A stretch of DNA of 64,000 nucleotides, from assembly GCA_903918885.1 (NCBI GenBank), contig CAIXFY010000009.1, forward strand, positions 9,472-73,471. The letters run 5' to 3'. The translations under genes were made by a program, and so were the position numbers. Within the stretch, counting starts at the first letter, position 1; every line of letters starts with the position of its first letter. The notes under the pieces are model-generated. The model was given only the letters and a program-made list of their open reading frames with translations, searched no databases and had not been told where the DNA came from. The DNA is from an uncultured Verrucomicrobia subdivision 3 bacterium. GTDB lineage: Bacteria; Verrucomicrobiota; Verrucomicrobiia; Limisphaerales; UBA11358. This document shows, piece by piece, positions 36,281 through 44,016 of this stretch.

Positions 36281-38017
36281 TCAACTGATGCCGACGTCCT
36301 TGGAAATTTTTTCGGCGGCGGCAGGATCCACCCATTTGGCGAGCGCGATGAAATTCACCAGTGCTGGGCTGTCGGCTTTGACCTTGAAAAGATTTTTCAG
36401 CGCGTGCACGACCTTGGTGTAGGTGGCCGCGTATTTTTCGTGCGTGAGGCGGGATACGAAAGTTTCCAAAATTGGACGGGCAATCGGATCGGTTGAGCCG
36501 TCGGCCAGATAGGGAAATAGGCAGAACACGCGGACAAAAACCATCGCGTCGACCTCGGTAAGAACGATCCAGCAAGCTTTCAACTCTTCGGCATCGTAGT
36601 GGGATTGAAAACGCTTGCGGATGACGCCGATGATTTCATTCGGTGTGGCGCGGCTGCCGATCAGATCCTTGATGTGGTTCCACGCCAGCTCGCGCTCCTT
36701 TTCCGGGGAAAGATTGGAGTGCTGGCTGATGCGCGAGACAACTTCTTCCTGACCGAGTTCCTTGGCGAGGGCTTTGGCGATTTTTTCCGCTTCCTCCTTG
36801 CGCAGGCGGTCACAATTGGCGATGGCGCGGAGGCAGGCTTGCTGCATGTGCGGATTAAAAAAGCGCAGGACGCCGGCGAGTGCTGCGGGCGTGGGCGTTT
36901 GGCCCTGCGGAATCAAATGCTTCACGCACTCCATCGTCAGCGGATCAATGTCGGAAAGTTTTTCCGCGCGGAACGTGAGCGTGTAACGCAGAGTGCGCGC
37001 GAGGCCGCCGGGCTTACCGATGTTATTGATGACGGATTTGCGTTGGTCGGGTGAAATCACCAGCGCAAGCATTGCCTCGGCGGATAAAATCAATTTTTCG
37101 TCCAGCGCATCGCGATCCACCGGAATGGCGACCTGCTCAATCAATGGCGGCAACCGCTGCGCGAAAACCACGTCCGGCGATTCGGTGCTTTGGTTCTCGT
37201 AGTAGTGCAGCAGTTCGAGAAAAAACGAAAGCCGCGCAAAGGCGTTTTTCTGGGCGCGCGCCAAATCCGAGTTTTCGCGGCTGGCGCGGATTTTTTGCTG
37301 CAATGACTGGAGTTCGCTTCGTTTGGCGGCAACGGCGTTCGGATTCTGCTGGAGCAGCTCGGCAAACTCCGGCTTGAACGCCAGCATGATTTCCTCCGGC
37401 TTCGGCCGCGGATTGAACTTCACGTCCGTCGTCACGTCCTTAAAAAACAGCAGCGCCTCTTCGCCGAATTCCCGCAGGATGCGCTCGCGCGCGACCTGGC
37501 CCTTGACGAAACCGCGATTCGCGCGGCTGAATGCGGGCGAGAAAAAATGATCCGGTTTTTCCAGCAGCGACTGGAGCAAGCCCGCTTCATACGGCGCATC
37601 AGCTTTGATCAACGCTGCCACTTCCGGTTGGTAAGCCGCCGCAAGATCGCGTTTGGTCTTGTCGAGTTGCTTGAGAATAGCGGGCTGGAGGAGATTGTCG
37701 TCGAGCTTGCCTTTGACGAGCTTGGCACAGACTTCGTTGACTTGCTGGTTGTGTTCCACGAGCCGCGCGACGACGACGCCGATGTCATTGATTGGCAACC
37801 GGCTCACAAGCGTGGCGAGCAGGTTGACCAATTCGCTGTGGGATTTCTGGCGATGCTCGATGACGCGTTCGACGAGCGAGCGCAATGCCTTGTTCTCCTG
37901 TTCCAGCGCGGCGTTGCCCGTTTCCAATTGCGCCACCCGCAAGGTCAAGTCCTGCCAGCTCCGCTGAATTTTATCAACGGACACAATGGCAATGGTGTTG
38001 TCTTGCGGGTCGGACAT
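36281..38017 (-). CDS. Hypothetical 578-aa predominantly helical protein with N-terminal coiled coil
   Basis: Long uninterrupted ORF with host-like codon usage. N-terminal heptad-like segment (WQDLTLRVAQLETGNAALEQENKALRSLVERV). No catalytic or binding motif recognised. Confidence 0.7.
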   Translation of the reverse strand: MSDPQDNTIAIVSVDKIQRSWQDLTLRVAQLETGNAALEQENKALRSLVERVIEHRQKSHSELVNLLATLVSRLPINDIGVVVARLVEHNQQVNEVCAKLVKGKLDDNLLQPAILKQLDKTKRDLAAAYQPEVAALIKADAPYEAGLLQSLLEKPDHFFSPAFSRANRGFVKGQVARERILREFGEEALLFFKDVTTDVKFNPRPKPEEIMLAFKPEFAELLQQNPNAVAAKRSELQSLQQKIRASRENSDLARAQKNAFARLSFFLELLHYYENQSTESPDVVFAQRLPPLIEQVAIPVDRDALDEKLILSAEAMLALVISPDQRKSVINNIGKPGGLARTLRYTLTFRAEKLSDIDPLTMECVKHLIPQGQTPTPAALAGVLRFFNPHMQQACLRAIANCDRLRKEEAEKIAKALAKELGQEEVVSRISQHSNLSPEKERELAWNHIKDLIGSRATPNEIIGVIRKRFQSHYDAEELKACWIVLTEVDAMVFVRVFCLFPYLADGSTDPIARPILETFVSRLTHEKYAATYTKVVHALKNLFKVKADSPALVNFIALAKWVDPAAAEKISKDVGIS

Positions 38018-38075
38018 GAAAACAATTTAACAACCGCCGGGATTCTTGCCATCCAATTTTTTGCGATTCGGCCAA

Positions 38076-38102
38076 ATAAAAAAGCCGCGATTGCTCGCGG
38101 CT
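38076..38102 (-). terminator. Intrinsic terminator after the aminotransferase gene
   Basis: The minus strand reads AGCCGCGA-GCAA-TCGCGGCT followed by TTTTT(A)TTT. Confidence 0.7.
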
Positions 38103-38121
38103 TGAAAGGTGGCGGCAAAAA

Positions 38122-39297
38122 TTATTTTACCAGCGCCTTGCAGAATTTTTCGATGCGGTCGAGACCCTTCTCGATGTTCGCCATGCTGGTCGCGTAGCTC
38201 AACCGGATGTAATCGTCCGCGCCAAACGCGATGCCGGGCACGGCGGCGACTTTTTCCTGCTCCAGCAATTTTGCGCAGAACTCGGCGGACTTGAGGCCGG
38301 TCTTGGAAATATTCGGGAACAGGTAGAACGCGCCCTTGGCGTTCACGCAGGTCAGTCCGGGCATGGCGCTCAACTTCGCGTGGGCGTAGCGGCGGCGCTT
38401 GTCGAATTCCGCGAGCCAGACCGGCAAATGTTCTTGCGAACCGGTCAGCGCGGCCACGCCGCCTTTTTGCGCAAAGGAAGTCGGATTGCTCGTGCTGTGC
38501 GATTGGATGGCGTCAATCGCCTTGGCGATCGGTTCCGGCGCGGCGAGAAAGCCGAGGCGCCAACCGGTCATGCTCCACGCCTTCGCGAGGCCGTGGACGA
38601 TGATGGTGTGGTCGTAATGCGCTTGCGAGAAGCTGGCGACGCTCTTCACTTTCGCTCCATCGTAAAGCAGGTGCTCGTAGATTTCGTCGCTCATGATGAG
38701 CACGCCTTTTTCCACGCAGATGTCGCCGAGCGCCTTGGTTTCTTCGGGCGTGTAAACGCTGCCGGTTGGATTGCTGGGCGAATTCAAAACGAACAGCCGC
38801 GTGTTCGGCGTGATGGCAGCGCGAAGTTGCGCGGGAGTGACTTTGAATTCCGTTTTGTCGGTCGTTTCAATGATGACGGGTTTCGCGCCCGCGAGCTTGA
38901 CCATTTCGGGATAGCTCAACCAATACGGCGCGGGAATAATCACTTCGTCGCCGGGTTCGCAAGTGGCGAGAATGACGTTGTAGCAGGAATGTTTGCCGCC
39001 GCACGAAACGATGCACTGGGACGGTTTGTAAATCAGGCCGTTGTCATTTTTGAATTTGGCGGCGATGGCCTCGCGCAATTCGGGAATGCCGCTGCTCGGC
39101 GTGTATTTGGTGAAGCCAGCGGCCAGCGCTTTGGCGGCGGTATCTTTGATGTGCTGCGGCGTGTCGAAATCCGGTTCGCCCGCGCCGAAGCCGACCACAT
39201 CTTCGCCGGCTGCTTTCATCGCCTTGGCCTTGGAATCAATAGCTAAAGTGAGGGACGGAGCTAGTGACGCGGCGCGTTGAGAGATTTTGTAGTTCAT
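38122..39297 (-). CDS. aspC: Class I PLP-dependent aminotransferase (aspartate aminotransferase-like)
   Basis: PLP-lysine motif GLAKAWSMTGWRLG, NSPSNPTG, and a ..YATS.. C-terminal motif. Start taken at the internal ATG (39297). Confidence 0.88.
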   Translation of the reverse strand: MNYKISQRAASLAPSLTLAIDSKAKAMKAAGEDVVGFGAGEPDFDTPQHIKDTAAKALAAGFTKYTPSSGIPELREAIAAKFKNDNGLIYKPSQCIVSCGGKHSCYNVILATCEPGDEVIIPAPYWLSYPEMVKLAGAKPVIIETTDKTEFKVTPAQLRAAITPNTRLFVLNSPSNPTGSVYTPEETKALGDICVEKGVLIMSDEIYEHLLYDGAKVKSVASFSQAHYDHTIIVHGLAKAWSMTGWRLGFLAAPEPIAKAIDAIQSHSTSNPTSFAQKGGVAALTGSQEHLPVWLAEFDKRRRYAHAKLSAMPGLTCVNAKGAFYLFPNISKTGLKSAEFCAKLLEQEKVAAVPGIAFGADDYIRLSYATSMANIEKGLDRIEKFCKALVK

Positions 39298-39388
39298 AAA
39301 ATTTGAGCGCAAAAAGAATAAATCGAATCAGCTTCCTTGCAAGAAGGGAAATTGCCGCGCCCGCATTCCGAAAAATTCTCCGCGCGAA

Positions 39389-39748
39389 TCAGGAACCCTT
39401 CGCGGCCTCGATGAGTTGCCAGAACTTCGGGTTTTCCTGCAAAGCCTGATCTTCGCCGACCTTGATGCCGGAGCGGAAGAAAAAATCCTTTAGCGTGTGC
39501 CGGCTCATGACGCGATGGACAAGCACGCCGAGCGGATGGCGTTCAAAATAAACCCGGTAATCGCCGACGCGGAAGCGGTGGAGGATGTGGCCGTCGCTTT
39601 CCAGCTTGCCGAAATCTTCCAGTTCGCTGCCGACGACCTGCTGCGGCAGACCGCGAAAGTCACCGAGAATTTGCAGTTGCAGTTCCTTCGGCATCCGTGC
39701 CAGTTCGGACGCGGCGGTCGGGGTGAAGATGATTTGAAACGCGGTCAT
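39389..39748 (-). CDS. RelE/ParE-superfamily toxin-like protein with C-terminal extension; no adjacent antitoxin
   Basis: FQIIFTPTAASELARMPKELQLQI...HRFRVGDYRVYFERHPLGVLVHRV follows the RelE/ParE pattern (..YR.RVGDYR[IV]xY..), followed by ~35 extra residues. Confidence 0.5.
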   Translation of the reverse strand: MTAFQIIFTPTAASELARMPKELQLQILGDFRGLPQQVVGSELEDFGKLESDGHILHRFRVGDYRVYFERHPLGVLVHRVMSRHTLKDFFFRSGIKVGEDQALQENPKFWQLIEAAKGS

Positions 39749-39807
39749 GTTGTCTTGAGGAAAATTATAGGGCGTGAACGCGGCGGAGTTCAACTCTTCA
39801 TTGTGGT

Positions 39808-39863
39808 GGTAGGGCTGACCTGCCGGTCAGCCGGGGAAGGCGGCGCAGCAACGCCGCCCTACC
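39808..39863. repeat. Bracketed double-hairpin REP-like element (copy 1)
   Basis: GGTAGGG-[CTGACC tgcc GGTCAG]-ccggggaa-[GGCGGCG cagcaa CGCCGCC]-CTACC. Confidence 0.75.
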
Positions 39864-39868
39864 AAGTT

Positions 39869-40936
39869 TCAGCCGAGCAGTCCCTTTTTCAGGAAATATC
39901 CGTAAGCCGCGACCAAGGCAAAACCGGCGATTCGCGGCAACCGCCCGAACAGCGCCACGAATAGCATGTGCAGCGCCGTCGCGCCGAGCAGCAGGAACAT
40001 CGCCGTCTGGAAATACGCCGGCACGGCCATCTTGTGGTAGAGGCAATAGACGCCGAGGCACAGCGGAATGGAAACGTGCGCGTCGCCGACCTGCGAGGCG
40101 TAGACGATCTCCGGCTGTTTGCGCCATGCGTAGTAAAACGCCAGCACGGCGTTCGGCAGCACCATCAGCCAGCCGCTCAACCAGCCGAGATGTTTCGCGC
40201 TGATGAAGCCGGCGTTTTGTTGCTGCACCCAAGCGACCAGCCAGTCCGTGCTGACGTAAATCGCATACGCGCCCACGGCAAGCAGCGCGAGATTCACCGG
40301 CAGCATCAGGCTGAAATGAGATTTTCCCTGGCGCACATTTGCCTTGAGCACTTCAAAAATATGAAACACCTGCCAGAACAGAAACAAGCCCACCAAAACC
40401 AAACCATCGTTGAAGTTCAAACTGCCTTTGCGACCTAGCGCCCAGACCGCACCGGTGAAAAACAGAACCGCCGTCAGCGTCAGCAACAACGACAGCCGGT
40501 TCAATTCGTGTTCCTTGCCGCCTTTGCCGCCGGTCTTGGCTTCGGCTTTCGCTTTGGCCTTGGCGGAAAGTTTGACCTCGGATTTTTTCATTTTGCCCGC
40601 CGCCGATTTCTTTTGCGGCAGCACGTGCATGCCCCAGAAAATCGCCGGCAGACCGAGCACGAGCGTCATGTTCGTGATGTTGTTGACGAGCGAATTGATC
40701 ATCACGTCCGCGCCGTTGCCGCCGGTCTGGCCGAGGATGAACGCAAAAATCAAATTGCCCATGCCCGAGCAGTAGGGCATCACCAGCGTGCCGAGCACCG
40801 TGCCCTCGAAACCGCCCGCGCTCATCGCCTCCAGCCGCCAAAGCATCAGGAGCGACGCCACGAGGAACAGCGCCAGAAACAGCCACGGCGTCCAATGGCC
40901 CTGGCTCTCCATCCAATGAATGAACGGCTTCAACAC
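39869..40936 (-). CDS. Polytopic membrane protein, divergent Ca2+/cation antiporter (CaCA)-like
   Basis: ~10 TM segments in two halves separated by a Lys/Ala-rich loop. Both halves carry alpha-repeat-like segments (GTLVMPYCSGMGNLIF...SLVNNITN; LMVLPNAVLAF...QVGDAHVSIPL). Similarity was judged by eye only. Confidence 0.45.
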   Translation of the reverse strand: MLKPFIHWMESQGHWTPWLFLALFLVASLLMLWRLEAMSAGGFEGTVLGTLVMPYCSGMGNLIFAFILGQTGGNGADVMINSLVNNITNMTLVLGLPAIFWGMHVLPQKKSAAGKMKKSEVKLSAKAKAKAEAKTGGKGGKEHELNRLSLLLTLTAVLFFTGAVWALGRKGSLNFNDGLVLVGLFLFWQVFHIFEVLKANVRQGKSHFSLMLPVNLALLAVGAYAIYVSTDWLVAWVQQQNAGFISAKHLGWLSGWLMVLPNAVLAFYYAWRKQPEIVYASQVGDAHVSIPLCLGVYCLYHKMAVPAYFQTAMFLLLGATALHMLFVALFGRLPRIAGFALVAAYGYFLKKGLLG

Positions 40937-40951
40937 GCGGCGAAGTTTAAG

Positions 40952-40990
40952 GAAAATAAAAACGGCGCGAAGAAAATTCTTCGCGCCGTT
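40952..40990 (-). terminator. Intrinsic terminator ending the riboswitch-controlled operon
   Basis: Perfect palindrome AACGGCGCGAAGAA/TTCTTCGCGCCGTT (40961-40990), with a TTTATTTTC tract on the minus strand. Confidence 0.8.
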
Positions 40991-41011
40991 TGTTTTGTCC
41001 CCACAAATTAT

Positions 41012-41296
41012 TTAACCAGCAATCACGCCGAGATCCACCGGTTCCACGTTCACGCCTTGTTTCTCCAGCCAGGTGATGGCCTTGGCCACTTCGCCGTGGG
41101 TGCCGTCCAGTTCCAGACAGACAATGCCGATTTCATCGGTGATCGTGGCTTGCCGGATGTTTGTCACGACCTTGAATTTCTTGGCGACTTCCCAGATGAA
41201 CGGCTTCTTGATGAGCTTGGGCGGATACATCAGCCACAGGCGCTGCTGCGTGGGTGAAGTGGATTTCGTCGCCGGTGATTTTTTCTTGGTGGCCAT
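41012..41296 (-). CDS. Stand-alone NIL-domain protein
   Basis: LWLMYPPKLIKKPFIWEVAKKFKVVTNIRQATITDEIGIVCLELDGTHGEVAKAITWLEKQGVNVEPV matches the NIL (MetN C-terminal-like) pattern. Start taken at the internal ATG (41296). Confidence 0.7.
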   Translation of the reverse strand: MATKKKSPATKSTSPTQQRLWLMYPPKLIKKPFIWEVAKKFKVVTNIRQATITDEIGIVCLELDGTHGEVAKAITWLEKQGVNVEPVDLGVIAG

Positions 41297-41326
41297 AATA
41301 AAATAAGAGTTCAGTTGGTGATTGGT

Positions 41327-41377
41327 GTAGCGTTCGGCCTGTGGCCGAACCAAGTCGAGCCACAGGCTCGACGCTAC
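41327..41377. repeat. Bracketed double-hairpin REP-like element (copy 2, variant)
   Basis: GTAGCG-[TTCGGCC tgt GGCCGAA]-ccaag-[TCGAGCC aca GGCTCGA]-CGCTAC, lying between the carrier and NIL genes. Confidence 0.75.
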
Positions 41378-41380
41378 AGC

Positions 41381-41656
41381 CTAGCCTCCCGCGATCGCCG
41401 GGATGATGCTGATTTCGTCTCCGTCTTTGAGCGGCGTCTCGCGGTTTTTGAGGAAGCGGATGTCCTCCTCGTTGACATAGACGTTGACGAAGCGGCGCAC
41501 CTCGCCTTTTTCATCCACGAGGCGTTCCTGGATGCCGGGGAAGCGCGTCTGCAATTCGACGAGCGCCTCGCCGATGGTGGCGGCGTTGATTTCGATGAGC
41601 TCCTCGTTGTTGGTCAACTTGCGGAGCGGCGTGGGGATGCGGACTTTTTTTGGCAT
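41381..41656 (-). CDS. MoaD/ThiS/CysO-type sulfur-carrier protein (C-terminal Gly-Gly)
   Basis: 91 aa with a beta-grasp pattern, ending ..DGDEISIIPAIAGG immediately before the stop. Confidence 0.85.
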   Translation of the reverse strand: MPKKVRIPTPLRKLTNNEELIEINAATIGEALVELQTRFPGIQERLVDEKGEVRRFVNVYVNEEDIRFLKNRETPLKDGDEISIIPAIAGG

Positions 41657-41666
41657 AAATTAAATT

Positions 41667-42131
41667 TTAATTTTTTGATTTCTCTGAAGTCGTGCGAACC
41701 GGAAATTGCGCTGTAACTTTTTCTAGCTCTCGAACAGATGTCCCCAATTGTGACTGGTCAAATTGCAAAGTAAAGTTGAGACGATTTCCAATTCCTGCTT
41801 GGTCTGCAACTTCGCCGCGAAGTTCAATGTGTCCTTTGCCATCGCCATTTAATCGCAAACTCAATTGCTCTTCTAAAGTTGTAAATGTTGCTGTCCCATT
41901 TAGCTTTTCGTGAAGCGCTTTAAGCTCCGATAAAAACTTCTCCAATTCACTCGTGATAATTGTGGCAGACGCTTTGCCGCGAAATCCGCCTGCACGAATA
42001 CTGATTTCCACATTTAGCCAATTATCGTCCCAATATTCTCCAACCGGTGCACGTTCATAATTGAGCACATTGATTTCAATGCGCTCATTCTCCGATTGGC
42101 CGAACGAAAATGGTGTGCCGTAGTTACGCAT
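41667..42131 (-). CDS. Hypothetical 154-aa protein, AT-rich gene inside the operon
   Basis: Uninterrupted ORF whose start overlaps the upstream stop by 8 nt. Its composition is clearly AT-richer than its neighbours. No known motif recognised with confidence. Confidence 0.6.
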   Translation of the reverse strand: MRNYGTPFSFGQSENERIEINVLNYERAPVGEYWDDNWLNVEISIRAGGFRGKASATIITSELEKFLSELKALHEKLNGTATFTTLEEQLSLRLNGDGKGHIELRGEVADQAGIGNRLNFTLQFDQSQLGTSVRELEKVTAQFPVRTTSEKSKN

Positions 42132-43383
42132 TCACTTTTTCTTCATGCGCCAGCAGCGCCTCGAACTCGCGCAGGCTCGGCTTGATTTCGCGCGGTTTGC
42201 CGCAATGACCTTGCACGGCGTCGAGCGTCTTCAATCCGTTGCCGGTAACGCAGATGACGGCAGAAGAATCGCGGGGGATTTTCCCAGACGCAATGAGTTT
42301 CTTCGCCACGCCCACGGTCACGCCGCCGGCGGTCTCGGCAAAAATGCCTTCCGTCTCGGCCAGTAGCTTGATCGCGTCGCGGATTTCGTCGTCGGTCACG
42401 TCGTCGGCTGCGGCGCTGGTTTCGCGCATCACCTTGAGCGCGTAAAAACCGTCGGCGGGCGTGCCGATGGCGAGCGACTTCGCAATCGTGTCGGGCTTCA
42501 CCGGCTTGAAGAAATCGAGTCCGGCCTTTTGCGCGACGGAAATCGGCGAACAGCCCGTGGCCTGCGCGCCGTGGATGTGCGTCTCGGAATTCGCGACGAG
42601 GCCGAGCTTCATAAATTCCTGGTAGCCCTTGTGGATTTTCGTCAGCAACGAGCCGCTTGCCATCGGCACGATCGTGTGCTGCGGCAGCCGCCAGCCGAGT
42701 TGCTCGGCGATCTCATACGCCATGCTCTTGGAGCCTTCGGCGTAGTAGGGACGCATATTGACGTTCACAAACGCCCAGCCGAATTTGCCGGCGATCTCGG
42801 CGCAGAGACGGTTCACTTCGTCGTAATGGCCTTTGATGCAAATGACGTTCGCGCCGTAGATGAGCGAATTCAAAATTTTGCCCTGTTCCAAATCCGACGG
42901 AATGAAAACGTAAGATTTTAATCCCGCACTCGCGGCGTTGGCAGCGACGGAGTTGGCCAGATTTCCCGTGGACGCGCACGCGACAGTTTCAAAACCAAGT
43001 TCCTTCGCGCGGATCAAGGCGACACTGACAACACGGTCTTTGAACGAGAGCGTGGGATAATTCACCGCGTCGTTCTTGACGTAGAGTTCGCGGATGCCGA
43101 GAGCCTTCGCGAGGCGGTCGGCCTTTACGAGCGGCGTGAAACCGACGAGCGGGCCAACGGTCGGCTCGCCCGCGATGGGCAGCAGCTCGCGATAACGCCA
43201 CATGGTCTTCGGGCGCGACTCGATGGCCGTTTTGGTCAGCGATTTTTTGATGCGGTCGTAATCGTAGGCGACTTCGAGCGGGCCGAAGTCGAATTCGCAC
43301 ACGTGCGTGGCCTCGAGCGGATATTCGCGCGCACACTCGCGGCACTTGAGCGCCTTCATGAACCCTTGATGCTTTTCACTCAT
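42124..43383 (-). CDS. Threonine synthase-family PLP enzyme (ThrC paralogue; possible O-phosphohomoserine-dependent homocysteine synthase)
   Basis: PLP-lysine motif PTLSFKDR, Gly-rich PLP loop, and an N-terminal Cys-rich ribbon (CRECAREY...HVCE). Sits directly behind a SAM-I riboswitch. Confidence 0.9.
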   Translation of the reverse strand: MSEKHQGFMKALKCRECAREYPLEATHVCEFDFGPLEVAYDYDRIKKSLTKTAIESRPKTMWRYRELLPIAGEPTVGPLVGFTPLVKADRLAKALGIRELYVKNDAVNYPTLSFKDRVVSVALIRAKELGFETVACASTGNLANSVAANAASAGLKSYVFIPSDLEQGKILNSLIYGANVICIKGHYDEVNRLCAEIAGKFGWAFVNVNMRPYYAEGSKSMAYEIAEQLGWRLPQHTIVPMASGSLLTKIHKGYQEFMKLGLVANSETHIHGAQATGCSPISVAQKAGLDFFKPVKPDTIAKSLAIGTPADGFYALKVMRETSAAADDVTDDEIRDAIKLLAETEGIFAETAGGVTVGVAKKLIASGKIPRDSSAVICVTGNGLKTLDAVQGHCGKPREIKPSLREFEALLAHEEKVNA

Positions 43384-43395
43384 AATAAATTATTT

Positions 43396-43461
43396 GGTAG
43401 GGCGGCGTTGCTGCGCCGCCCAAATTTTTCCACGAAGGCCGAGCGGCAGCTCGGCCCTACC
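43396..43461. repeat. Bracketed double-hairpin REP-like element (copy 3)
   Basis: GGTAGGG-[CGGCG ttgctg CGCCG]CC-caaatttttccacgaa-[GGCCGAGC ggca GCTCGGCC]-CTACC, located in the leader between the riboswitch terminator and the ThrC-like start. Confidence 0.75.
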
Positions 43462-43479
43462 GGGTTTGATCCGGGTAAC

Positions 43480-43645
43480 AAAAAAGCCCCGACTCACAAG
43501 GAGAAGGGGCCACAAAACGGTTGTGCTCTTCTCATTTTTTCCCAAGCTAATGATGCTCGAGCTGGAATTGGCACCTGTCATTGAAATTAAATTCAATCGG
43601 TTGCCGTGGTGTCAGCGGGCCAGTCCCTCAACCACTCTTTATGAG
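43480..43645 (-). ncRNA. SAM-I (S-box) riboswitch with terminator/antiterminator expression platform
   Basis: The minus strand reads CUCAUAAAGAGUGGUUGAGGGACUGGCCCGCUGACACCACGGCAACC...GACAGGUGCCAAUUCCAGC...AAAAAAUGAG. That matches the conserved SAM-I core and the P1 closure. A GGCCCC...GGGGC stem plus UUUUUU follows at 43511-43480. Confidence 0.87.
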
Positions 43646-44016
43646 TCCGTCAAATCAACGGATGCGGATAGATTGATGCTTAAAGATAAAAAGTCAAATG
43701 GAATTTTCTTGGCGAACAAAGCGCGTCAAAAATGTTGTCCACCGGCGGAGAATAAGTCGCGCATTTTTAATCAGGGCGGGACAATTGCCTTGATTCTATT
43801 TGTGAATAACGATTGCGTAACTTTTTTGTAAAATATTCTTGAAACATACAACCAGTGGTATCATCATGGCGTCCGTTCCCCAATTAGTAGGGGGGATGGC
43901 AATTTTAGCAAAAAACCCGTTTTTCTGTTGAAATTGATTGTTTTTGTGTTCCGGCAGGTTCTGTCTCGCTTGAAGCTGACCGGGTGAATGTTTGAAAATT
44001 AAACCTGGAGATTACC

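Noticed and set aside
43650-44016. Cobalamin riboswitch or NrdR boxes upstream of nrdJ.
   Set aside because: I recognised no B12-box (GCCACTG-like core) and no paired 16-bp NrdR palindromes (acaCwAtATaTwGtgt type). I only noted AT-rich promoter-like DNA and minor hairpins, and I cannot exclude divergent sites without a model search.
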